Made by a program: the position numbers and the translations under genes. Positions 45,332 through 54,042 of a stretch of DNA of 64,000 nt are shown here, piece by piece. Below the pieces are notes generated by a model. The model ran no database searches, was not told where the DNA came from, and saw only the letters and a list, made by a program, of their open reading frames with translations. Source of the stretch: an uncultured Verrucomicrobia subdivision 3 bacterium (lineage in GTDB: Bacteria; Verrucomicrobiota; Verrucomicrobiia; Limisphaerales; UBA11358); assembly GCA_903911825.1 (NCBI GenBank), contig CAIWFB010000216.1, positions 1,317 through 65,316 of the forward strand. The letters run 5' to 3'. Within the stretch, counting starts at the first letter, position 1, and each line of letters begins with the position of its first letter.

Positions 45332-46204
45332 GTGAACATGAAAGTCCTCCGTGCCGAACATCTGGGAATGTGTTTTGGAGTCCGCGACGCCATTGCGCTG
45401 GCTCTGAAAACCGCCGAACGCGAGCCGCTGACCGTTCTCGGCGACCTCGTCCACAATGAAACGGTGCTCGCCGAATTACGCCAGCGCGGCATTCGCTTCG
45501 AGCAACAAGCCGCCGGCGTCCGCACGGCGGCGGTCATGGTCACGGCGCACGGCGCTTCGGAGCGGGCGATGAACGCCACCCGCGCCCGGGGTTTGAAAGT
45601 GGTGGAAGCGACTTGCCCGCTGGTTCATGTGGCGCATCGCAGCCTGCAAAAACTGGTCGCGGAAGGGTTTCATCCCGTCATCATCGGCAAACGCGATCAT
45701 GTGGAAGTGCGCGGCATGACGGAAGATTTGGCGACGTTCGACGTGGTGTTAAGCGAAGCGGATCTGGCCCAACTGCCGGAGCATTCGCGGTTTGGTGTCA
45801 TGGCTCAAACCACGCAGCCGATTGAAAAAGTGCGTCACCTGGTGCGTTTGCTGGGCCAACGCTTTCCGCAATCGGAAGTTCGCTTCATTGACACCGTTTG
45901 CCAGCCGACCAAACAACGCCAGAATGCCGCGCAAGATTTAGCCAAAGCCTGCGACGTCGTCATCGTCATCGGCGGCGCGCACAGCAACAACACACACGAA
46001 CTCGTCAAAACCTGCGGGCAATTCTGCGCCCGCGTGCATCACGTCCAAACCGTCGCCGATTTGCGAACGGAATGGTTTCGCCCCGACGACACCGTGGGCA
46101 TCACGGCGGGAACGTCTACGCCGGACAGTGTGATTGCTGAAGTTGAACAACGACTGCCAGCGCTCCTGCCAAGCCAGCGAGAATTGCAGACAGCCGCTGC
46201 CTAA
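45332..46204 (+). CDS. ispH: 4-hydroxy-3-methylbut-2-enyl diphosphate reductase
   Basis: LGMCFGVRDAI, ATCPLVHVAH and VVIGGAHSNNTHELV motifs. Confidence 0.9.
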   Translation: MNMKVLRAEHLGMCFGVRDAIALALKTAEREPLTVLGDLVHNETVLAELRQRGIRFEQQAAGVRTAAVMVTAHGASERAMNATRARGLKVVEATCPLVHVAHRSLQKLVAEGFHPVIIGKRDHVEVRGMTEDLATFDVVLSEADLAQLPEHSRFGVMAQTTQPIEKVRHLVRLLGQRFPQSEVRFIDTVCQPTKQRQNAAQDLAKACDVVIVIGGAHSNNTHELVKTCGQFCARVHHVQTVADLRTEWFRPDDTVGITAGTSTPDSVIAEVEQRLPALLPSQRELQTAAA

Positions 46205-46208
46205 CGCC

Positions 46209-46919
46209 ATGCCCAAGTCGTCCACAGTTGATCCGTCGGCTGAATTCGCAACGCTGTTGCGCGGTGAATCCGCCACTATCTCGGCTTGGAGCGAGCAGAG
46301 GAATACGCGCCGATTAGCCGCGCACTTTGCCATCATCATTATGGGGGCGGGTTGTTATGGCGCGGCGATGGGTTGGTGGCGTGCGCCGCAGCAGGCGTTG
46401 TTGGTGGCGATCAAATTGCCGCTCATCATTTTACTCACCACGCTCGGCAACGCCCTCATCAACGGCATGCTCGCGCCGCTGCTCGGGTTGAACATTCCCT
46501 TTCGGCAATCGTTCTCGGCCATCGTGATGAGTTTTGCCACGACCGCCGCAATACTTGGCGCGTTCAGTCCGCCGATCGCATTCGTGGTGTGGAACGCGCC
46601 CGCACTAGGCTCACCGGCCGCAACGTCGGCGACCTATAGTTTCATCATGCTAACTCACGTGGCTGCGATTGCGGTGGCAGGGATCGCGGGCAACGTGCGG
46701 CTATTTCAACTGCTGGCCCACTGGGGAAACAGCCGGGCGGTGGCCCAACGCGTTTTGTTCGCGTGGCTCGCGGGAAATTTAATTCTCGGCAGCCAACTCG
46801 CGTGGAATCTGCGCCCGTTCATCGGTGCCCCGTTGTTGCCGGTCGAATTTTTCCGCGCCAATGCGTTTCGCGGGAATTTCTTTGAAGCCGTCTGGGGCTC
46901 GCTCCGCCAACTCTTTTAA
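46209..46919 (+). CDS. Polytopic membrane protein, unknown family (paralog P1)
   Basis: Start at Met26 of the ORF. …CYGAAMGWWRAPQQALLVAIKLPLIILLTTLGNALINGMLAPLLGLNIPFRQSF…. Close paralog of 47772..48491. Confidence 0.7.
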   Translation: MPKSSTVDPSAEFATLLRGESATISAWSEQRNTRRLAAHFAIIIMGAGCYGAAMGWWRAPQQALLVAIKLPLIILLTTLGNALINGMLAPLLGLNIPFRQSFSAIVMSFATTAAILGAFSPPIAFVVWNAPALGSPAATSATYSFIMLTHVAAIAVAGIAGNVRLFQLLAHWGNSRAVAQRVLFAWLAGNLILGSQLAWNLRPFIGAPLLPVEFFRANAFRGNFFEAVWGSLRQLF

Positions 46920-46941
46920 TTCAACTAAACCAACAAAACAT

Positions 46942-47754
46942 ATGAATGAAAACAATCCGATTCCACCACTCATACCGCCGGCGGAAAGCGCCAAAACGTT
47001 CGCCGACCGAATCTCAGAAACGCTGCCGCCACCACCTCTGCACGGTTTGCGTCCTTTGGGCGAAGACCCGGCGGAACGTGTGCCGATCACGAATGCCATC
47101 GCGGCGATTGATTCGATTTTGCGCCAGCCACGGCGCGTCATGTTTCAATTATTTCAACCCGGCGCGGGCAAGTTGATCGCCCGAATGTTAGTGGTAGCAG
47201 CACTGTGTGGCGTGGTTTATGGCGTCGTAGCGGGAACTTTTTCCGGCGGAGCCCAACTATGGATTGCGCCGGCCAAAATTGTAATGGGGCTGATGCTTTC
47301 GGCGCTGATCTGCCTGCCGAGCCTTTACATTTTCACCTGTCTCAGCGGCTCGCAGGCGCGACTGACCGAGGTTTTTGGTCTGCTGGGCGGCTTGCTGATG
47401 CTGATGACCATTCTGCTGATTGGCTTTGCGCCGGTGGCGTGGATTTTTTCGCAATCCACCGAATCGGTAGTCTGGATGGGTTCGCTGCATCTGATTTTCT
47501 GGTTCATCGCCACGATTTTTGGGCTTCGTTTTGTGGAGGCGGGTTTCACCCATTCCCGCGCTCGCTCACAGGCTGGCTTCCATACGTGGATGATCATCTT
47601 TATTTTGGTGGTAGTGCAAATGACGACTGCCCTGCGACCCATCATTGGCACCGCCCACACCTTTCTGCCGAAAGAAAAACAATTCTTCTTGAGCCATTGG
47701 GGTAATTGCTTAAAAGCCCCGGCCGCCGAGTCCAACCGCAGTGCCCGGGATTAA
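46942..47754 (+). CDS. Polytopic membrane protein, distant paralog (P2) with Pro-rich N-terminus
   Basis: Start at Met40 of the ORF (MNENNPIPPL…). It aligns to P1/P3 over the YG..G … K … L.G … F.P.AW helices. Confidence 0.7.
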   Translation: MNENNPIPPLIPPAESAKTFADRISETLPPPPLHGLRPLGEDPAERVPITNAIAAIDSILRQPRRVMFQLFQPGAGKLIARMLVVAALCGVVYGVVAGTFSGGAQLWIAPAKIVMGLMLSALICLPSLYIFTCLSGSQARLTEVFGLLGGLLMLMTILLIGFAPVAWIFSQSTESVVWMGSLHLIFWFIATIFGLRFVEAGFTHSRARSQAGFHTWMIIFILVVVQMTTALRPIIGTAHTFLPKEKQFFLSHWGNCLKAPAAESNRSARD

Positions 47755-47771
47755 AACCTTACTCGTCCATC

Positions 47772-48491
47772 GTGAACGCTACCCTGCTTTCGCCGCGCGC
47801 CGTGGAGACCTTTCTCCACGCTGCGCCGGAACAGTTTCGCGTTTGGCTGGTGCGGCGACCAGCGATGTTGGTGGGGTTTTGCGTCGTCGCGATTATCCTC
47901 GGCGCGGGCAGCTATGGTGCCGTGATGGGCGCTTGGCGGGATTCCCTACAGGCGCTCTACACGGGCATAAAATTACCCTTGGTGATTTTAATGACTGCGG
48001 TAGGCAACGGTTTGCTGAACGGCATGCTCGCGCCACTGCTCGGCTTGAACCTCACCTTTCGCCAATCTCTCGCCGCCGTGCTGATGAGTTTTGCCGTGAC
48101 CGCGCTGGTGTTGGGCGCGCTCAGTCCGGTCGCGTGGTTCATCGTTTGGAATACGCCGCCCCTGACCGCCGGAACCACGCTGGCGGCTACGGAATATGCC
48201 TTTCTACAATTAACTTTGGCGGTTTTTGTGGCGCTGGCGGGCGTGATTGGCAACCTTCGGCTGCTGCCGTTGCTCCGCGAATGGGCGAGCAGCGCGGCCG
48301 TCGCACGCAACGTGTTGCTGGCTTGGTTGGCGGGAAATCTGTTTCTGGGTAGCCAGATTTCTTGGGTGCTACGACCATTTATCTGGGAAGCCAATCGCCC
48401 GGTAGAATTCACCGGGCAAGCCAGTTTTCACGGCAGTTTTTTTGAAACCGTTTGGGCCGCCGCGCAGCGCCTGATATTTTCCAATTTATGA
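47772..48491 (+). CDS. Polytopic membrane protein, unknown family (paralog P3)
   Basis: A GTG start after the P2 stop is inferred. …SYGAVMGAWRDSLQALYTGIKLPLVILMTAVGNGLLNGMLAPLLGLNLTFRQSL…. Confidence 0.7.
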   Translation: MNATLLSPRAVETFLHAAPEQFRVWLVRRPAMLVGFCVVAIILGAGSYGAVMGAWRDSLQALYTGIKLPLVILMTAVGNGLLNGMLAPLLGLNLTFRQSLAAVLMSFAVTALVLGALSPVAWFIVWNTPPLTAGTTLAATEYAFLQLTLAVFVALAGVIGNLRLLPLLREWASSAAVARNVLLAWLAGNLFLGSQISWVLRPFIWEANRPVEFTGQASFHGSFFETVWAAAQRLIFSNL

Positions 48492-48673
48492 CGGACGCAA
48501 TTCAACGAATGGCGCGGGCGCAGGCCTTGCCACGCCGCCTTAAAGCCCTCACGTGGCTATTCATCCTCGGCTTGTTTCTCAGTGGGGCCACGGCGATTCC
48601 GTTGACCACGGAAGTGGGCATGCTGGTGCGGATGCTGGGGGCGGATCACGGTTCGACGGGCTGGTTGGCGTGA
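48488..48673 (+). CDS. Small membrane protein (possibly the 5' part of a gene interrupted by TGA)
   Basis: ATGA overlap with the P3 stop. One TM helix (LTWLFILGLFLSGATAIPL). It ends at a TGA that is in frame with the next ORF. Confidence 0.5.
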   Translation: MTDAIQRMARAQALPRRLKALTWLFILGLFLSGATAIPLTTEVGMLVRMLGADHGSTGWLA

Positions 48674-48676
48674 CTG

Positions 48677-49006
48677 GTGCAAATCCGCGATGCCCTGCGT
48701 GCCACCGAGACGCAATATCCGTTTCTCTTTTACGGCACCGACTGGCTGGCGTTCGGACATTTTATCATCGCGCTCGCCTTCGTGGGTGTCTTGCGCGATC
48801 CCGTCCGCAATCGCTGGCTGTTTGATTTTGGCCTCATCGCCTGCGTGCTGGTGATTCCATATGCCTTCGTGTTCGGCGGATTACGCGGGATTCCCGTTTG
48901 GTGGCGACTGATTGACTGTTCCTTCGGCGTGTTCGGTTTCCTGCCGCTCTGGTTTTGCCGGAAGTGGGCGCGGGAATTGGAAAATTTTCCCGCCGATAAA
49001 AACTAG
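48677..49006 (+). CDS. Membrane protein (possibly the 3' part of the same gene)
   Basis: The GTG start lies one codon after the TGA. …YPFLFYGTDWLAFGHFIIALAFVGV… with 3 TM helices. Confidence 0.55.
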   Translation: MQIRDALRATETQYPFLFYGTDWLAFGHFIIALAFVGVLRDPVRNRWLFDFGLIACVLVIPYAFVFGGLRGIPVWWRLIDCSFGVFGFLPLWFCRKWARELENFPADKN

Positions 49007-49401
49007 ACAAATCGCTTCGCCGAGCGCGTCATTAACCAAATGCCCGCACGGACATCGCCCAGTTTTACGGCGAACATGCCCAACCGCTGTTCGCTTCGCT
49101 ATTAAACCTCACGCGCGAGGCGAACGGCGCATTCATGCTCTACTTCATCGGCTGAATTAAAAAAACGATGGCGGCGTGGCCGTTTTCAAGAAGGGCTCCA
49201 CCCCGGATTTGGAGGTGACAAAGGGCGATTGGGGTTGGCGGTATCCACAGAAATAAGCCCCAGATAGGCGCAGGTTTTTCAGACAGAATTCACAAAATTT
49301 TCGGGATTAAAATGCCGATTTAGTTCATTCGGTTAATTCTGTCGGGTGCGCGCCTTTTCTTTTAGCTTCGTGGCTTAGTGGCTTTGTGGTGAAATGCTGG
49401 T

Positions 49402-50778
49402 ATGAATATTACCAATTTGAATCCGGACACGGACATCGGCGCGAGTTCGTGGCTGGTGGAAATGGATAATCACCGCATCTTGTTGGACGCGGGGATGCAT
49501 CCGAAACGCGAGGGGCGCGAAGCGGCGCCGCAGTTCAGCAAGACAGGGACGCATGATGTGGATGCGATTGCGATTTCCCATTGTCACCACGATCACGTGG
49601 GAGCGTTGCCGCTGGCGTGTCGGCATTTTCCCAAGGCGCATGTGCTGATGACGGAGTTGAGCTATCTGCTGGTAGAACGGGTGCTGCACAATTCGGTGAA
49701 TGTGATGACGCGGCAGCGCGATGAGTTGGGCATCAAGGATTATCCGCTCTACACGCATGATGAGCTGGATGAAATCGCGCCGTTGTTTCAGGGCTTCAAA
49801 TATAATCGCGCGATCGAATGGGGCGCGTTTCACAAAGCGCGCGCGGGGGTGCCCTCGCCGACGCTGGAATTTTTTGATGCGGGTCACACGCTGGGTTCGG
49901 CGGGGATATTGTTACGCGGCAAAAAGGAGACGATGTTTTTTACGGGCGACGTTTGTTTTCACGATCAGACGCTGCTCAAGAGTGCGCGTTTTGAAGATGT
50001 GAAGGCGGATGTGATGATCATGGAAACGACGCGCGGCAATCGCGCGGTGGCGGAAGGCTTCACGCGCGACAAAGAAATCGAGCGTTTGGTGGAGGCGATT
50101 CACGCGGCGCAGAAACGCAAGGGTTGTGTGCTGATCCCGTCGTTCGCGCTGGGGCGCACGCAGGAAATTTTGGCGATGCTGGCGTTGCTGATGCGCGAGG
50201 GGAAATTGAAGAAGCAGCCGATTTACATCGGCGGCTTGGGTCGGGTGTTCACGGAGATTTACGACATCGAGGCGCATCGGGTGCATCGTTCGCACTCGGC
50301 GTTGCAACTGAATGAGGCGCTGCAATTAGTCGTGCTGGAAAAAGGCCAGGCGGACAGTATGAAGTTGAGCGGCGGGAAAATTTTCGTCATCACCGCAGGT
50401 ATGATGAGCGAGAACACGGCGGCGCACGATTTGGCGAAGCGGATGATCGGCGACGAGCGGCAGAGCATTTTCTTCGTGGGCTACGCGGATCCAGATTCAC
50501 CGGCGGGTCGCTTGAAGGCGGCGAAGTTGGATGAGACGTTTGTGTTCAGTCCGAGCGCCGGTCGCGTGACGAAGAAGTGCGATGTGCAAGAGTTTGATCT
50601 GACGGCGCACGCGAACCGGGAGGATTTGATGGAGTTTGTGGGGCGCGTTTCGCCACGGGCGATATTGTTGGGTCACGGCGATGAACCGGCGCGGAATTGG
50701 TTCGCGGCGCAAATCAACGAGCGTTGGCCGAAAATTAAAGTAATTCAGCCGCAACCGGCGAAGTTGGTGACGGTTTGA
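49402..50778 (+). CDS. MBL-fold / beta-CASP family nuclease (RNA-metabolising metallo-beta-lactamase)
   Basis: AISHCHHDHVGALP (HxHxDH). 458 aa with a beta-CASP-like C-terminal half. Confidence 0.8.
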   Translation: MNITNLNPDTDIGASSWLVEMDNHRILLDAGMHPKREGREAAPQFSKTGTHDVDAIAISHCHHDHVGALPLACRHFPKAHVLMTELSYLLVERVLHNSVNVMTRQRDELGIKDYPLYTHDELDEIAPLFQGFKYNRAIEWGAFHKARAGVPSPTLEFFDAGHTLGSAGILLRGKKETMFFTGDVCFHDQTLLKSARFEDVKADVMIMETTRGNRAVAEGFTRDKEIERLVEAIHAAQKRKGCVLIPSFALGRTQEILAMLALLMREGKLKKQPIYIGGLGRVFTEIYDIEAHRVHRSHSALQLNEALQLVVLEKGQADSMKLSGGKIFVITAGMMSENTAAHDLAKRMIGDERQSIFFVGYADPDSPAGRLKAAKLDETFVFSPSAGRVTKKCDVQEFDLTAHANREDLMEFVGRVSPRAILLGHGDEPARNWFAAQINERWPKIKVIQPQPAKLVTV

Positions 50779-50798
50779 TTTAGTTGGTTTTCCAAAAG

Positions 50799-50842
50799 CA
50801 AAAACCGCCGGCCGGAGATTTCCGGTCGGCGGTTTTGTTTTG
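50799..50842. terminator. Bidirectional intrinsic terminator
   Basis: aaaaa-CCGCCGGCCGGA-gatt-TCCGGTCGGCGG-ttttgtttt, between convergent genes. Confidence 0.75.
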
Positions 50843-50849
50843 AGAGACT

Positions 50850-51450
50850 TTATTTGCCGCCGCCCTGGCCGCTGACGATGTTCGCCAGGTTGAAAATGGG
50901 GAGGAACATACAAACGACCATGCCGCCGATGACGACACCGAGGAACACGATGAGGAGTGGTTCGATGAGCGACATGAGGCCAGAGAGCGTGGTATCAATT
51001 TCTTCGTCCAAAAACTTGGCCACGCGTTCGAGCATGGTGTCAATGTTACCGGTCTGTTCACCGGCACTCATCATGCGGGTGATCATGGTGGGGAAAATGG
51101 GGTATTTGGCAAGCGCGGCCGAAATGCCTTCGCCGCGTTCGATGTCCGTGGCGGCGCTCTTGATGGCCTTTTCCATCACGACATTGCCGACGGTTTGGGA
51201 AACGATTTGCAACACTTCTACCCGCATCAATCATCGTGGCGAGCTGGCGGGTGAAGACGACCAAGTCTGCCAATTGGACCTTGCCACCTTTGGTTTGTCC
51301 ACGCTTGGCAATTTTTTCTTTAATTTCAACCACTAAGAGGTTGCGGTTGAGCAAAGCGGCAATTGCTGCCTGCTCGGATAAGGCCTCGACGGTATTCCGG
51401 ATTTCGCGGCCGGAAGCCGTTTCCCTAGCGGTATAAGCGAATATTGGCAT
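50850..51450 (-). pseudogene. pilC: Truncated, frameshifted PilC/GspF-family (T2SS/T4P platform protein) remnant
   Basis: ORF 51058..51507 carries a PilC N-terminus (MPIFAYTARE…VVFTRQLATMIDAG). ORF 50850..51230 carries a single GspF domain plus the terminal TM (…MITRMMSAGEQTGNIDTML…IEPLLIVFLGVVIGGMV). The two join by a 1-nt frame change near 51225. The total is about half of a normal PilC. Confidence 0.7.
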
Positions 51451-51816
51451 ATCTATTAGTCGTGAATAATTTATAGGGGATGAATTGCAAAGCAATTCAC
51501 TTTCCACTCACCTGGCTAACCAGCACAATTTGTTCCAGCAGCAAAAGATAGTTCAATTCGGACGGCTCTAAAAACATTAGGTTTACCCGTTTTCCGACCG
51601 TTACGGACCCTCAAAATCCAATGTTTCTAGGGCGAGTATTCATAAAACACTTATTGATAACGACTTAACATCCAGCTTTTGTAAAAAATTTTTGTTGTCA
51701 TTTCCGTCAAATTTCCTTAGTTTTGACAGCAATCGCACCGCAAGGTGCTGGGGCAAACTGTTTTTGCTCCGCTTATTAATAGGTAAAAACAACAACAAAC
51801 AACATCGGAGGAACAG

Positions 51817-53064
51817 ATGAAGTTTAATAAATGGACATACGGTCTGGCCGCGGTTGGGGCAGTTAGCCTCACATCCGCTGCTCATGCAGAAGAAAAACTG
51901 AGCGCGCTTCAAACCACGCTCTCCAACACCACCATCAGCGGTTACGTCAGCGTCTCCGCAAATGTGGCTTTGAGCCCGAACACCACTGGTGTCAACAACT
52001 CCCCGGCTGCTTACATTCCGTTTCAGGGATATTACAAGCAAGACGGCTTCAATTTGGATGTGGTGAAGCTTTCTATCTCCAAGCCGCAAGACGAATCTCC
52101 TTGGGCCTCGGGTTACCAAGTTGACTTGCTCTTCGGCCCAGACGCCGTTGGCTACAATACTTCCGCTAACGCTGGTTATCTCAGCGACAACGATTTCGCT
52201 ATCAAACAGGCCTATGTCGCTTTGCGCACGCCGGTTGGTAACGGCATTGATTGGAAAATCGGTGTGTTTGATACCGTCATTGGTTACGAAGTGACCGACG
52301 CCGGCAGCAACCCGAACTATACCCGCTCATGGGGTTACGCTGTTGAGCCCACGGAGCACACTGGTGTCCTCGCGACCTACAAATTCTGTGACGCCTTGAC
52401 TGTTTCTGCTGGCGTGGCGAACACCTTGAATGCCTCGATCAACACCCGCAATTACTCCGGTGGTAATTCCAGCTTCTGGAAGAAAACCGTCATGGGTTCT
52501 GTGGCTCTCACTGCTCCGAGCAGCTGGGGTTGGGCCGCTGGTTCCATGCTTTACGCTGGTGCCGTTTACGGTTTCAACGACAGCGCCTTTGGTTACTCTC
52601 CTGGCAGCCAGAACCGCTTCTTCGCTTCCGGCAATCAATTCAATGGCTACGTTGGTGGCACGTTGAATACGCCTTGGAAAGCGCTCACCCTCGGTGCGGC
52701 GTTTGACTACGTCCAGAACCTTGGTGGTGGTTATAACAACGGCAATAACTACAACAACGACGGTCACGTTGACGTGTATACGGCTGCGTTGTATGCTACT
52801 TGGAAAGCTACCGACAAGTTGAGCCTGAGCGCTCGTGGTGAATACGTTCACGTTAAATCTGTGAGCGGCTACACCTACGAACCCGGCTACACCTACTCCT
52901 ATAACAGCAACTTTGATGGTTGGTCGCTCACCGGCACCCTGCAATATGACCTCTGGGCCAACGTGATCAGCCGCTTGGAAGTGCGCTACGACAAAGCCAA
53001 CGACAATGTCGTGGCTCACACCGAATCAATCGGTCTCTACGCGAACATCATCTACAAGTTCTAA
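51817..53064 (+). CDS. Outer-membrane beta-barrel porin-like protein
   Basis: Signal peptide …SLTSAAHA, GGAGG SD, alternating-hydrophobicity strands and a C-terminal …NIIYKF. Confidence 0.7.
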   Translation: MKFNKWTYGLAAVGAVSLTSAAHAEEKLSALQTTLSNTTISGYVSVSANVALSPNTTGVNNSPAAYIPFQGYYKQDGFNLDVVKLSISKPQDESPWASGYQVDLLFGPDAVGYNTSANAGYLSDNDFAIKQAYVALRTPVGNGIDWKIGVFDTVIGYEVTDAGSNPNYTRSWGYAVEPTEHTGVLATYKFCDALTVSAGVANTLNASINTRNYSGGNSSFWKKTVMGSVALTAPSSWGWAAGSMLYAGAVYGFNDSAFGYSPGSQNRFFASGNQFNGYVGGTLNTPWKALTLGAAFDYVQNLGGGYNNGNNYNNDGHVDVYTAALYATWKATDKLSLSARGEYVHVKSVSGYTYEPGYTYSYNSNFDGWSLTGTLQYDLWANVISRLEVRYDKANDNVVAHTESIGLYANIIYKF

Positions 53065-53081
53065 TTTAATTTAGAATCCTT

Positions 53082-53120
53082 GGCCCCTTCCGGTGAAAAC
53101 TGGAAGGGGCTTTTTGTTTT
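53082..53120 (+). terminator. Intrinsic terminator after the porin gene
   Basis: GCCCCTTCC-ggtgaaaact-GGAAGGGGC followed by TTTTTGTTTT. Confidence 0.8.
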
Positions 53121-53154
53121 CACAGATAAAAATTTTCTGCATAATTGTGCGCCA

Positions 53155-54042
53155 ATGAAATTCATCCGCGACATCCTCGCCGAAAAAATGGCCACCGGAA
53201 AACCCGTGGTGTCCTTCGAATTCTTTCCGCCTAAGACAGAGGAAGGGGATCGCAACCTTTTAGAGAATCAGATTCCGGCATTACTCGCCACCAAACCGGA
53301 TTTTTGCTCTGTCACCTATGGCGCGGGCGGCAGCACGCGAGAAAAGACACTGATGATTGTGGATCGCATTCAGCGGGAACATCATTTAACAGCGCTAGCC
53401 CACCTGACATGCGTCAATCATACCCAAGCGGAAGTTGGTTCACTGCTTGAAAAATTCCGCACGCTCGGCTGCAAAAATATTCTGGCACTGCGGGGCGATT
53501 CGCCGGGCGGGGGCGAATTTCAAGCCACACCCGGTGGCTTTGAATTTTCCTCGGAACTGGTAGGCTTCATTCGCCAGCAGGGCGATTTTTCAATCGGTGT
53601 GGCCGGCTTTCCCGAAGGTCATATCGCTAATAAAAATGGTAAGCTGGCTGATTGGGAGCATTTGCGGGGCAAGGTTGCAGCTGGGGCTGACTTCGTCATT
53701 ACCCAACTTTTTTTTGACAACCAAGACTATTTTGAATTCCAAGATTTTGTTAAGCAAAAACTAGGCGTATCGGTGCCGATCATTCCCGGCGTTATTGCTA
53801 TTTTGAACGCGGCGCAAATCCGGCGCTTTACGCAATTGTGTGGCTCTAAGATTCCACCCGCGCTCCACGCAAAACTCGTTCTACTGGAAAACGACGATGC
53901 CGCCGCGCTTGAATTCGGAATCGAATACGCCACCCAACAGTGTGAAGCCTTGCTGCGCGGTGGGGCACCGGGCTTGCATTTCTACACGCTCAACAAGGCG
54001 CATTCTACCGTGCAAGTCCTGAAGAATCTGGGGCTCGCTTAA
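53155..54042 (+). CDS. metF: 5,10-methylenetetrahydrofolate reductase
   Basis: Start at Met26 of the ORF. …VSFEFFPPKTEEG…SVTYGAGGSTRE…LRGD…FPEGH…. Confidence 0.9.
   Translation: MKFIRDILAEKMATGKPVVSFEFFPPKTEEGDRNLLENQIPALLATKPDFCSVTYGAGGSTREKTLMIVDRIQREHHLTALAHLTCVNHTQAEVGSLLEKFRTLGCKNILALRGDSPGGGEFQATPGGFEFSSELVGFIRQQGDFSIGVAGFPEGHIANKNGKLADWEHLRGKVAAGADFVITQLFFDNQDYFEFQDFVKQKLGVSVPIIPGVIAILNAAQIRRFTQLCGSKIPPALHAKLVLLENDDAAALEFGIEYATQQCEALLRGGAPGLHFYTLNKAHSTVQVLKNLGLA

Noticed and set aside
43238-48673. Stop-codon reassignment or selenocysteine as the explanation for the in-frame TAA (43238) and TGA (48671)
   Set aside because: TGA and TAA clearly terminate many well-defined genes in the window at expected lengths (e.g. 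19161, 20774, 28159, 40647). No SECIS-like hairpin follows the TGA, and TAA is not a Sec codon.
49030-49157. A short open frame (…TDIAQFYGEHAQPLFASLLNLTREANGAFMLYFIG*) as a gene remnant
   Set aside because: It has no start codon and no motif I can recognise, and it is only about 39 codons long. It cannot be separated from chance without a database search.
51640-52119. The minus-strand 159-aa ORF overlapping the porin promoter and 5' end
   Set aside because: It lies opposite a well-supported porin gene with SD and signal peptide. It spans an AT-rich promoter region and has no motifs.
54039-54042. Overlapping convergent stop codons (metF/mlaD at 54039-54042) and the 5-nt gap between the exosortase and SNF2 stops (20774/20780) as regulatory features
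   Set aside because: This is compact convergent gene packing with no associated structure visible. It is noted only as an absence of terminators.
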